DNA of 64,000 nucleotides from Takakia lepidozioides (Eukaryota; Plantae; Bryophyta): NCBI GenBank assembly GCA_030704615.1, contig CM060733.1:50096001-50160000 (forward strand). Direction: 5' to 3'. The first letter of the stretch is position 1; the number at the start of each line of letters is the position of its first letter. Positions 25,428 through 37,106 of this stretch are shown piece by piece. The translations under genes were made by a program, and so were the position numbers. The notes beneath the pieces are model-generated. The model worked only from the letters and a program-made list of their open reading frames with translations. It searched no databases and had not been told where the DNA came from.

Positions 25428-27239
25428 GGCTGTGACCCCAAAACTTCCCTGCCTTGCTTAAACACCTACTAACAAATACACATGGCATGAAGGTTACCAC
25501 CTACCCGAACCTCCTCCCTTGCCTTACTACTCCTGGCTTAATCCCCAGGATTAACCCATGCAAAGCCTAGATAAAGGCTCCACCACGCCCTCCCACCCCC
25601 AACTTATCTGTTGCTCTTGATGCCCCCCGATGTGCCATCATCTTATACCTCTTAAATAACCCCCAATCAACTCCTACTATACCGATGGTTCCCTCACTAA
25701 TTCCCGTGCTGGTTATGGCATATTCCATGCCGCCACTAACCGAGGAGTCGCCCTTAGTGCTGAGCTTATGGCCATCTACGAAGATCTCGCCCAGTTAGCT
25801 ACTTTTCCCCATCCATACTACATTTTTACAGAGAGTCTGACCTCCCTCTTTCTCATTCGCACCTTTCCCGACCCTCTTCCCACCGTAACCACCCGGACCG
25901 GAATCTCATTGCTGCCATTGTCAATCTCGTCATCTCCATAAGCCGCCCTATCCACTTTCTCAAAGTCCGATCACATACTGGTATTACCAGCAATGAGGTA
26001 GCCGACCTCCTTGCTCAACAAGGGGCTGCCCAGCCCCATGTTGATCCTACGTCGGATCCCATCCACATTGCACATACCCACCCATTCGGGCTCATATACC
26101 CTATACCAGACCCCCCTGATCCCAGGCCAATCCGTAACCTCGTCAAAACACTTACTCAGGAGGCTAACAAACAAAGCCGCGGCCTCTATAACCCACACCA
26201 AGATACATATCCAGAAATGGACACAATCCTCAGTACTACACCATAAATTGTCAAACCATTTCTAGCACACCAAAGCCGCAACAGATGCTCCAATACGACG
26301 AACTCTCAAATTCAGATATGCTTAATACATGGGCCATCAACGCAAACACACTTTCTAGCTGCGCCTATTCCCATCCCCGAACTGCCCACTCTGTCCACAC
26401 ACCCACACAAAACGTGATACCTGGCCCCATCTCCTCAGCCAAAATATTCACCCTATCATACATGGCATTCGAATTACCAGGCACAATCACGCCGTTTGGT
26501 ACATTCATAAACTTCTCCTAAACCGCATTGAAACTAGATGGTTCTCACTCATCAATGCTGGTATCTACCAAGGCAGATCCCCAGATCACAGTGTCCCACC
26601 TTAGCTTCTCCTATGCACTTGCCAACCCCGCTCTCCTTGCACATGTCCCGCTAGACTATGCCCGGATATCCTGCTAGTTCAAGGCCTACTGGTAAATGCC
26701 TGACCACCAAATGCCCCATCCCCAAATCTCACCATACACTTTATCGAGTTTACGTACTGCCATGATCGATAACCCAGCTCCTCCATTCTTGACAATCGAC
26801 AAAAACATGCTCCGCTCATCCTAGCTATCCGCCAAAGAGGATGGTTCATTGGCCCATTAACTGTCATCACCGCCGGTACTAGAGGCGACATTCACAACAC
26901 TAGTATCTCAGCACTTCACACAAACTTTCGCATTCCCATCTTTCATTTCCACAAATGCTTTGAAGCTATCCATCTCACAACACTTCGCTCTCTCACAGCT
27001 ATTATTACCAACAAGCTTAAATCTTTTCTCTTCTCAGCCTCATAGGCACCCTCGGGGTACCCGAGGGTACCTGCGGGTACCCATGATACCTCGGGCACCT
27101 CCTTCCCTCGGCTACTTGGTGTCCCCTGTACATCGGATTTCTTTATAGGGCCCACCCCCGAAATGGGGAAGTAGGCGTAGGGCGAAGTGGCTCTTAGTTA
27201 TGCCGGTCCACTGACCGAAGTCTTCTCTCTCTCTCTTTC
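25428..27239 (+). mobile_element. 5'-truncated non-LTR retrotransposon fragment: RNase H, CCHC finger and restriction-like endonuclease
   Basis: RNase H motifs YTDGS (25678), AELMAI and FLKVRSHTGITSNEVADLLA. CPLC..W.H...RHN at 26383-26487. PD-(D/E)xK-like PDILLV...FIEFT...KH at 26662-26810. Ends in a (CT)n tail. Many stops. Confidence 0.75.
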
Positions 27240-27521
27240 TTCGATTCTTCCGTTCAGCAACACCATTCTGATGTGAGGTGTAGGATTGAGTTAGTTGTCT
27301 TCTAATTCCTTGTTCATCACAAAATGATATGAAATCCTCATAAAGGTACTCACCTCCTCGATCGCTTCTGACGCATTTGATTCTCTTGCCAGTAAGATTC
27401 TCCACAATTGCTCTGTGTTTCTTAAAGTAAGATAAAGCTTGAGACTTGTGCTTCAAGAAGTAGACCTATCCCTTCCAAGTGTGGTTATCGATGAATGTCA
27501 GGAAGTATCGTGCCTCACCAT
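27240..27521 (-). pseudogene. Ty1/Copia integrase remnant (part 2; 27240-27476 duplicates 25191-25427)
   Basis: GEARYFLTFIDN, YFLKHKSQA, VRSDRGGEY, QNGVAERKNR. Cut at 27521 by the CACTA insertion. Confidence 0.9.
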
Positions 27522-28761
27522 CACTACAACAAATGGGGGGGGGGGGGGGGGGGGTTTCGCGATGCCAGCCGCGCCCCCACGCCCCGCGCGTCGCTAAGCC
27601 CGCGAAGCCGAGCCTGAAGCGCTTTTTTGTGACGCCCCGCCGTCGCAATCCCCCGCTCCGACACCATTGCGACACCCAGCCGTCGCAAGATGGCATGAAG
27701 GGGTAAAGAGGGCCCTCGCCGTGACGGATTTTTTTTCTTGCGATGCCTCGGTGTCGCAAAAGCGTCAGTGAGGGCGCCCCAGCGCCTCTGCATTGCGAGG
27801 GCGTCGCAACAGCATCACCACAATGAGATTTTTTATTTTTTATTTTATTTTTTGGGCTTTGCGGCCCTCAACTTCATAAAAGCGTCGCTGGGGCACCCCA
27901 CGCTAGAACAGCCAACGCTGCGACGCTAGGGGGTCGCAACGGCGTCGCCACAGGGGGTCGCAATGGTGTTGTAGTCGGGGGGTGCTATTCCGTGAGCCTG
28001 GAGGCGTGAGCCTGTGAGCCCAGGAAAGCGTGAGCCCGCACAGGCTCACGCCACGTCAGCATGCAAACAGTGCCTATTTCCGCGGATGTCACCTATTTCC
28101 GAGTGGTGTCACCTATTTCCGCGGTTGATGTGGGGAGAATTGAGAATTGAGAACAAAGTGGTTTGTTTGTTTTTGCAATGTACTCAAGTCTGTGAGGTCC
28201 ACAAAACAACAAATATATTGAAGGAACAATCCGGGCAGTCCATGCAACCCCCATCTCCAACAATAGTTTGGAACCATGAATGTGAATTCCATGCACACAT
28301 TGCAAAGAGGACAATAAGGACACACAACCATCCCATTTCAAATTTGTCCCAGAATTAAACCAAAAGAATACTTCATATCAAGTGTCGCAGTCATCACAAT
28401 CAATGTCCACCTCCTGTGCTATGTCATCTACAAAGATTCTGGCCCCAACACCACGTGTTCTACGAAGGCCATCGCAAGGTGGACTCTGAGTGCCATGAAC
28501 GGACATGCTTGCTGCGAGTGCCTCCGCATAGACAGGTAGCACACAAGACCGAGGAGGACTGAAAACAAGTCCAAATAGGTGTGATAGCCCAGGAGGGCAA
28601 GTGGAAGCACGCGGACTCCTACACATGTCCACAAAATCCCATTTTTAACACAATGATGCAATGCACAAGTCCAACGAAGAGGATGTCTCCCATGTGCACT
28701 TTGCCTCAAGAACAGCGATTCTCGATATTGAAACAACAATGCAAGCATGCACAGGTTCAAC

Positions 28762-31700
28762 TTACTCACAGGCAAAGTCGGAGTCCAGCTCCTTGTCAGA
28801 AGTCTCCTCTGTACCAGTATCAGCGGGACGGGGCTTCGGAAGGACCTGAGAAGTGTGTCCACCCAAACCCATCAGGAGGTTCTTGTAAATCTCAGCATCC
28901 CCTTCAATCCCAAAGACATGTCGCGCACTGGCCTTGCAAGCGTGGTACGAAGCACCTGCAGTGGAATAGAATGAAGTAAGCAGACATTGAAGACACATTC
29001 GGAACGGTGGAAAGTGCTGAAAGTGCAAGCTCAATCAAACCTCATGAAATGTGAATGTTGAAGAGACGAACCTGTGCCCATCGACAAATCCAGAACTCTG
29101 GCGTCTGTGTAGGTGCAGCACTCCACAATCGTTTGAATGAAAGCCGGGCTCCTCTCCCTCGCCCCTCTCCAAGGAACCCCATTCCCCCTTCGCAAGCACA
29201 CGTTGCTGTCGACGTAGTTGTGATGCATGTCATCCGTGGGAGGATCTGTCCTGTCATCTATGAACTTGCCCCCGTGAGTGATGGCAAACTCCGTAATGCC
29301 GGCCGGAGTCGTTGGTGGATGCACCCGGACGAGACAAACAGCTTCAAACAGACGAGTCTGCGAACATGACATCCACAAGGAACTAAGAACCAAAAAAAAA
29401 TCGGGCCCCTACATATGAGTTTGAGCGACCTATACAACACAATCCCAGAACAAAAAAGAAGAGGAAGAAGAAGGGAAACTCACCATCTCTCCCGGACGAT
29501 CCCCCTTCGTAAGGTACATGCTGTTCACACAATTCCATGTCTTCACGACTCTCATGCCCGAGGCTTTCAAATAGCTGGCAAGGGCACGGCGACACCGAAC
29601 ATCGATGGACTGGATGAGAACCAAAACACCTGCATCGGAAAGGAAGAAGTTGCAAAAGGAAAAAACCCACCGCCAGTAGCGCTCATCAAATGCATTCCAA
29701 CCCGGACAAGCACCCGATGGAGGGATATCCGGGACTGCCAACCCATCAGGGATGTCCAAGATGATGAGTTCCGCTGCATATGGCTTCTCCTTCCCGTTCA
29801 CCCACGATTTGGTCATTTTAGCCTGCAAACAAAAATACAATGGAATTCTGACAAGTTTATAAACGATCCATGCCCACAGCAGACAAAGAGAGCAGAAGCC
29901 ACAGAACCCAAAGAGAACACGCACCGTGCTGAGGAACTCGACAATCCTCTCCCACACTGGTGATGGCTCGCCCTTGTAATCAGATTTCTTCGACTCCATC
30001 ATGGCAAGGAACCCGACGTTGGCAATCTCCAACCTGGTTGGACGAATGACCCTCGTGGGATGTTCCACTGCATGGTACGGGTCCTTGGGATCAACCACCC
30101 CCTTGTTTTTTCTCCCGGATCCCCTACCATGCGGTGGAGTCTGCTGGACATGCTCCACAGGGCCAATAGCTGCAACACTTCCCTGCCCTTGTGCCACCTT
30201 CCCTCTACCCCTTCCCTTCCCCACAACACCAGCAACATCTTTTCCCTTTGCCTTTCTTCCTCTACCCGGGGTATCCTGAGCGGGAGGCTCCTTCTCTGCA
30301 AGAGTCCTCAGATTACGCTCATGAATGTCGAGGTCCGCTGCTGCGGCAGTGGCTGCAATACGGTCATTCTCTCTCCTCAAAGACAACTCTACAGCTGGGG
30401 TCTCTGAAGGAGGGCAATCCAAATACCAACCACAAGAAGAAAGATGGTCTGGACCCCAGTCATGCAAGATCCCAGCAGTGAACATGGTCTGGTTGCCAGC
30501 AGGGACAAGCCAAAGGTCCACGAAATCTGGATGTTTGTCCAAGCAATTCTCTTCCAAGAGAACAAACTTAATGTACCTGCAGGAACAGACACAGCCTCAT
30601 TTTCCAATGCACATATTGTGTCCCAGCTTTTTCAACACACCAGGAAGACCCCCTTAAACAGTATGCCACACAACACATTGCAACCACAACACAAGCAAAG
30701 AGTGCAAGGGTGTGCACCTGTAAAGGCATCGTTTCCAGGCTTCCTCTCCTTTTTCCTGCTGGTCAAGCTCATTTGTTCGACTGATGCCACCCTCCTTGCT
30801 GAACTCTCTAAAGAAACCAGAGTGCCACACTGTGGCTCTCCATTTCCTCATGTATGCTTCGAAGGAGACCTTCGGAGCTGTCATAGTGATGCCATAGTCA
30901 GCCAGCTGAGTATGCAGAACCGATCGGGCCCTTTCTTCCAACTGCAAAACAATTGAAATGGAAGAATGAACCCAAAAACAGTCACAGCGAATGTAAGAGG
31001 CAATGGGAAGAGAAGGACAGGAAAAGAGAAAAGAAAGTGAGATACGAGAGGACATCACACCTGGCTCCAGTAAGTGGCCTTGTGAAGCCAGGTGTCCAGC
31101 ACATTGTCACTGACAGGAACGACACGCTGGGTCTTCTTCTCTTTCTCTGGCCTTGGGAACATGTGGGTATCCCTAACTGTGGGATCGGAGTTCCATATCT
31201 GTAGCCACTTCACCTTCTGTTCAGAAGACACGACGGCGGTAGACAACCTGTGCAACTTCTCCTGGGCCATCTCCGGCTTGCCTGGCTTGTTATAATGGTT
31301 TTTTATCTCCAGGAGAAACTGCGGCCCGAATGATGGGTCGGCCATTCTCAACTGCTTCACAAAAGCACTCATTATTGTCCTTCTTGTAGCGTTCATCTCC
31401 TTCTGGATGTGACTTTCAACCCCCTTTGCTGTCCTTCTCTCCTCAGGGGTAGAGCTGTAGTATTCCAGTTTGCCACGCTCCCCTGCATCTGCAATGTCTT
31501 GCTGCAAGGGAATGCAAGAGAGTTGCATCAATCCAAGGTCAAGGGAGACAGAGAGAAACAAACATGTGGAAGCAGGAATATGGAAAGGCCAGATGAAGGA
31601 AGATGTATCTCACCGTGTACATGTACTCCATGAAAGCCTCACGGGTCAACGAGTACCATGTTTCCGAAGTCTTGGAGCTTTCGCATTTCTTATACATCTC

Positions 31701-34700
31701 TGCCGAAAGGATGGTCTTGAAGTTGGTCAAGGGCATCTGCCCGATCCTTTGTATCCTATACAGTGTGTGAACCAGACTCGTTTTGACATGCGATGTCTCC
31801 GTCCCTCTGCAGAATGATATCTGAATTTCAGAATGTAATTCAAGGACTTGAATCAAGGAAGAACGGAACCAGAAGTGCAACATGTACAATGAGAAACCAA
31901 CCTGTTCACATCATTCATTGCCGTCAGAAGACCCATCATGTTGTCGTCACAATCAAGCACCATCGATCGAACAGAGTAATGCCACTCTTCCTCCTGTGAG
32001 TGCAGCCTCCCAATGACAGCCATCCATGCAAGCAACCGGTGGTTGCCATCCCAAACGTGAAACATCTTCCCCGAGAATACTTGGGTGGAAGGTTTCCTGG
32101 AGAGAAGAAGTTCGAAGGATTCGTTCACCTGTCTCCAAATGGGGTCCCAGGAGTCGACGATTGACTCATCCAAAAGGAGCTCGTTACCTCTAGAATCCCT
32201 AGTAGAAACGTAAAAGACTGCGGATCCATCCAAATACCCATGAACAAACTCGGCCTCCAGCTTGAGAATGTCTTTGACAAGGGGTGGACGAACGACGGGC
32301 ATGGAAACCAACCTACACAGGGGAATCTTCAACCTCCCACCAGGAGCAAGCATACTTTGAACCACAAGCTGAGAGTTCACCTTTTGACCCCCCAGCATCT
32401 CAGCGGCTTTGCTTTCATAAAACTCATCGTCAACATCAACTATGGTCTCCTTCCCCTGACCCTGAGGGACCTCATCCGCCACACTTTGCATTTTCTCCTG
32501 CAAGGTTGTTCACTCAAATTCTTATAAGAGAGGAATGAAACGTCGACCGATGCATGAAAAAGTGGGATAAAAAGGTAAGTGTTCTTTGAGCTGCCAGGTA
32601 AGTGTTCATTGATCCTCACGGACCTGCACTATGTTCCCGATTTTCACAGGGAAAGAACATTGAAAAGTTCTGCTCAAATATCTGCCCATGAGGGCCGAAA
32701 GTTGCGCCCTTCAATATTCATATGTTCTGCCTAAACAGTGTGCGGTTCCGCAGACTGTTTGAGCTGACAGTGAAGGGTTCATTTTATACTCAGAAATGTG
32801 CCCCTGAAGTCCAAATTTTGCACCCAGAAACATTGAAATGCTCAGCTCAAACAGTGTGCGTTGCCGCACACTGTTTGGGCTGACAGTGAAGGGTTCATTT
32901 CATCCTCACACAGTTGCCCCTGAAGTCCAATTTTTGCACCCTGAAACATTGAAATGTTCAGCTCAAACAGTGTGCGTTGCCGCACACTGTTTGGGCTGAC
33001 AGTGAAGGGTTCATTTCATCCTCAAACAGGTGCCCCTGAAGACCAAATTTTGCACCCTTAAACATTGAAATGTTCAGCTCAAACAGTGTGCGTTGCCGCA
33101 CACTGTTTGAGCTGGCAGTGAAGGGTTCATTTCATCCTGAGATAGGTGCCCCTGAAGTCCAAATTTTGCACCCAGAAACATTGAAATGCTCAGCTCAAAC
33201 AGTGTGCGTTGCCGCACACTGTTTGGGCTGACAGTGAAGGTTCATTTCATCCTCAGATAGGTGCCCCTGAAGTCCAAATTTTGCAGCCTGAAACATTGAA
33301 ATGTTCAGCTCAAACAGTGTGCGTTGCCGCACACTGTCTGAGCTGGCAGTGAAGGGTTCATTTCATCCTCACACAGGTGCCCCTGAAGTCCAAATTTTGC
33401 ACCCAGAAACATTGAAATGCTCAGCTCAAACAGTGTGCGTTGCCGCACACTGTCTTAGCTGGCAGTGAAGGGTTCATTTCACCCTCACACAGGTGCCCCT
33501 GAAGTCCAAATTTTGCACCCAGAAACATTGAAATGCTCAGCTCAAACAGTGTGCGTTGCCGCACACTGTCTGAGCTGGCAGTGAAGGGTTCATTTCACCC
33601 TCACACAGGTGCCCCTGAAGTCCAAATTTTGCACCTAGAAACATTGAAATGCTCAGCTCAAACAGTGTGCGTTGCCGCACACTGTCTGAGCTGGCAGTGA
33701 AGGGTTCATTTCACCTCACACAGGTGCCCCTGAAGTCCAAATTTTGCACCCAGAAACATTGAAATGCTCAGCTCAAACAGTGTGCGTTGCCGCACACTGT
33801 CTGAGCTGGCAGTGAAGGGTTCATTTCACCCTCACATAACAGACATCAAGACCAAATTTTGCACCCTAAAACATTGAAAAGGTCTGCTCAAACAGTGTGC
33901 GTTGCCGCACACTGTTTGAGCTGGTTTTGAAGGGTTCATTTCAACCTCAGATAACAGACAGCAAGACCAAATTTTGCACCCTAAACATTGAAATGTTCAG
34001 CTCAAACAGTGTGCGTTGCCGCACACTGTTTGAGCTGGCAGTGAAGGGTTCATTTCATCCTGAGATAGGTGCCCCTGAAGTCCAAATTTTGCACCAAGAA
34101 ACATTGAAATGCTCAGCTCAAACAGTGTGCGTTGCCGCACACTGTTTGGGCTGACAGTGAAGGGTTCATTTCATCCTCAAACAGGTGCCCCTGAAGACCA
34201 AATTTTGCACCCTAGAACATTGAAATGTTCAGCTCAAACAGTGTGCGTTGCCGCACACTGTTTGGGCTGACAGTGAAGGGTTCATTTCATCCTCAAACAG
34301 GTGCCCCTGAAGTCCAAATTTTGCACCCTAGAACATTGAAATGTTCAGCTCAAACAGTGTGCGTTGCCGCACACTGTTTGGGCTGACAGTGAAGGGTTCA
34401 TTTCATCCTCACAGGTGCCCCTGAAGACCAAATTTTGCACCCTAGAAACATTGAAATGTTCAGCTCAAACAGTGTGCGTTGCCGCACACTGTTTGGGCTG
34501 ACAGTGAAGGGTTCATTTCATCCTCAAACAGGTGCCCCTGAATACCAAATTTTGCACCCTAGAACATTGAAATGTTCAGCTCAAACAGTGTGCGTTGCCG
34601 CACACTGTTTGGGCTGACAGTGAAGGGTTCATTTCATCCTCAAACAGGTGCCCCTGAAGACCAAATTTTGCACCCTAAACATTGAAATGTTCAGCTCAAA

Positions 34701-36164
34701 CAGTGTGCGTTGCCGCACACTGTTTGGGCTGACAGTGAAGGGTTCATTTCATCCTCACGCAGGTGCCCCTGAAGTCCAAATTTGCACCCAGAAACATTGA
34801 AATGTTCAGCTCGAACAGTGTGCGTTGCCGCACACTGTTTGGGCTGACAGTGAAGGGTTCATCTCATCCTCAGAGAGGTGCCTCTGAAGTCCAAATTTTG
34901 CACCCTGAAACATTGAAGTGTTCAGCTCAAACAGTGTGCGTTGCCGCACACTGTTTGGGCTGACATTGAAGGGTTCATTTCATCCTCAAACTGGTGCCCC
35001 TGAAGTCCAAATTTTGCACCCTGAAACATTGAAGTGTTCAGCTCAAACAGTATGCGTTGCCGCACACTGTTTAAGCTGACAGTGTAGGGTTCATTTCATC
35101 CTCAGATAGGTGCCCCTGGAGTTCAAATTTTCCACCCTGAAACATTGAAATGTTCAGCTCAAACAGTGTGCGTTGCCGCACACTGTTTGAGCTGGCAGTG
35201 CAGGGTTCATTCCATCCTCAGAAAGGTACCCATGAAGTCCAAATTTTGCACCCTAAACATTGAAATGTTCAGCTCAAACAGTGTGCGTTGCCGCACACTG
35301 TTTGAGCTGGCAGTGCAGGGTTCATTCCATCCTCAGAAAGGTACCCATGAAGTCCAAATTTTGCACCCTTAAACATTGAAATGTTCAGCTCAAACAGTGT
35401 GCGTTGCCGCACACTGTTTGAGCTGGCAGTGCAGGGTTCATTCCATCCTCAGAAAGGTGCCCCTGAAGTCCAAATTTTGCACCCAGAAACATTGAAATGT
35501 TCAGCTCAAACAGTGTGCGGCGCCGCACACTGTTTGGGCTGGCTGTGAAGGGTTCATTTCACCTGCAGATAACTGACTCCAAGGCCAAATTTTGCACCCT
35601 AAAACATTGAAAAGATCTGCTCAAACAGTGTGCGTTGCCGCACACTGTTTGAGCTGGCAGTGCGGGGTTCATTTCATCCTCAGAAAGGTGTCGTTGAAGG
35701 AAGAATTTTGCACCCTTAAACAGTGACATGTGCAGCTCAAACAGTGTGCGGCAACGCACACTGTTTGAGCTGCCGCTGAATGGTTCTTTCTTTCACAAAT
35801 ACCTGCCATTGAAAGCCGAATTCTTCACAAATATGGGTCCTGTAGATTTTACCTTTTTCGTAGCTACTCGAGAAGACTCCCCAGTTGCCGGGGACCCTTT
35901 CCGCTTCGGGCTGCTCTCTTCGCCGACTATGTAGGTGAGCCTCTCCCCCTTCCTCTTTCCCGTGGTCAGATCCTTCGTGAGGCCAGTGTCAACATCTTCC
36001 TCCATGTCGTCTGTCTCTCCCTCAGACGCAGTGTCCTCCTCGCCTGTTCCTGGAACTATGGTGGGTTGTTGTTCTTCTCCAGATTCCTGCTCCTCCATCG
36101 CCACACTTTCCTGTATTCCCTCTTCTTCCTCCTTTTCCTCTTCCTCCACTCTTTCCATCCTCAT
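28762..36164 (-). CDS. ParB/Srx-like domain fused to a beta-class N4C/N6A DNA methyltransferase-like domain (about 970-1080 aa)
   Basis: Exons 32497-31902, 31806-31614, 31501-31061, 30941-30718, 30576-29925, 29822-29484, 29357-29072 and 28955-28762 are GT-AG, phase-consistent and open (2925 nt). A probable acidic first exon at 36164-35853 (phase 0) is less certain. ParB signature VWDGNHR at 32036-32050. Motif IV-like IILDIPDG at 29745-29756 precedes ERSPAFIQTIVECCT..DARVLDLSMGTG|ASYHAC..SARHVFGIEGD (motifs X-I-II). Confidence 0.82.
32690..35790. repeat. Tandem array of 27 units of about 116 bp, each with a 13-17-bp-stem hairpin
   Basis: Core AGCTCAAACAGTGTGCG-TTGC-CGCACACTGTTTG(A/G)GCT recurs from about 32735 to about 35741 at roughly 116-bp spacing. 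Edge units are more degenerate. Confidence 0.97.
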
Positions 36165-37106
36165 TCTATATCTAGCTCTATTCCTGTTTCTAGAACTCGT
36201 GAAGTATAATGACTTCCTTCTCTTTCTCCTCCGCTGGAAACAAGGGCTCCCCACGATGCCCCTGGAGCTCTCCAGTTTGACGTTTGCAACAAGTGCTGGT
36301 ATCGCATGTAACAAAAATAAAAATGGACGTTGTCAACCGTATTTGGATGCGGGTGTTGATATTGTGTGCGAACGGAATTCATCCATTTTGTCGTCTTTGT
36401 ATTACCCAGCTAATAAAGCGCCGAAGAAAAAGAACATCCGTTGCATGCATTTGCGATATATGTCAGATGTACTTCGCCGCCTGCCAATACATGGCGGCCT
36501 CCTTGCCTTCTTTCAAATTCGAATGCGCCGTAGAAATGTAGTGCTTTTTCAATTCCGAGCAGTTCTTCCAGATTCGCAATAATTGTTATGCTTCACATAT
36601 GCATCCACGTGTGTTGTACTGCATGCCCTGTGGTTTTTTTTATGCCGTGACCGTCCCCATGGGGTCATTCGGTATAAAGGATTGTGTCGGATATGACCAT
36701 GTGTTGCACACATTCGTGCGAGGTATCTCTTGGAGTGTCGGTGTTTGTTCTGTGCTATTCTGGCGCAACACAATCTCATTACAATCGGATCTTCCTGTTT
36801 ACTGCTCTCCAGGGTTGTTGCCGTCATTTCATAATGGATGGTTTCATGTCATTTTCAGGGTTTGTTTTCCATCCAAAAACAGTACGGCTTCTTGTGGCTC
36901 TGGTCTTTCAAAACGGTTTTTCTGGTTGGTGGGAGGTGAAGGTGCACGTCATCCCTACATCCTTGGCATGCATCGCCGGCAGCCTTTGGTTTGGTGCTAC
37001 CCTTGTTGACCTCAGTTTGCTGGTGGTATTTCCACTTTCGATAATTACGGGCTCTCAGTTCGGGGATTCCGTTCTGAATCGGCAGTTTCGTTCAGTGCTG
37101 GAAAAC

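Noticed and set aside
32690-35790. CRISPR array (regularly spaced palindromic repeats)
   Set aside because: The sequence between palindromes is itself repeated rather than unique spacers, there are no cas genes, and the context is eukaryotic.
36684-37106. Hydrophobic N-terminal extension of the 822-aa ORF
   Set aside because: It starts at a non-ATG codon, reads like UTR or intron, and similarity with the paralogue begins only near ATG 37107.
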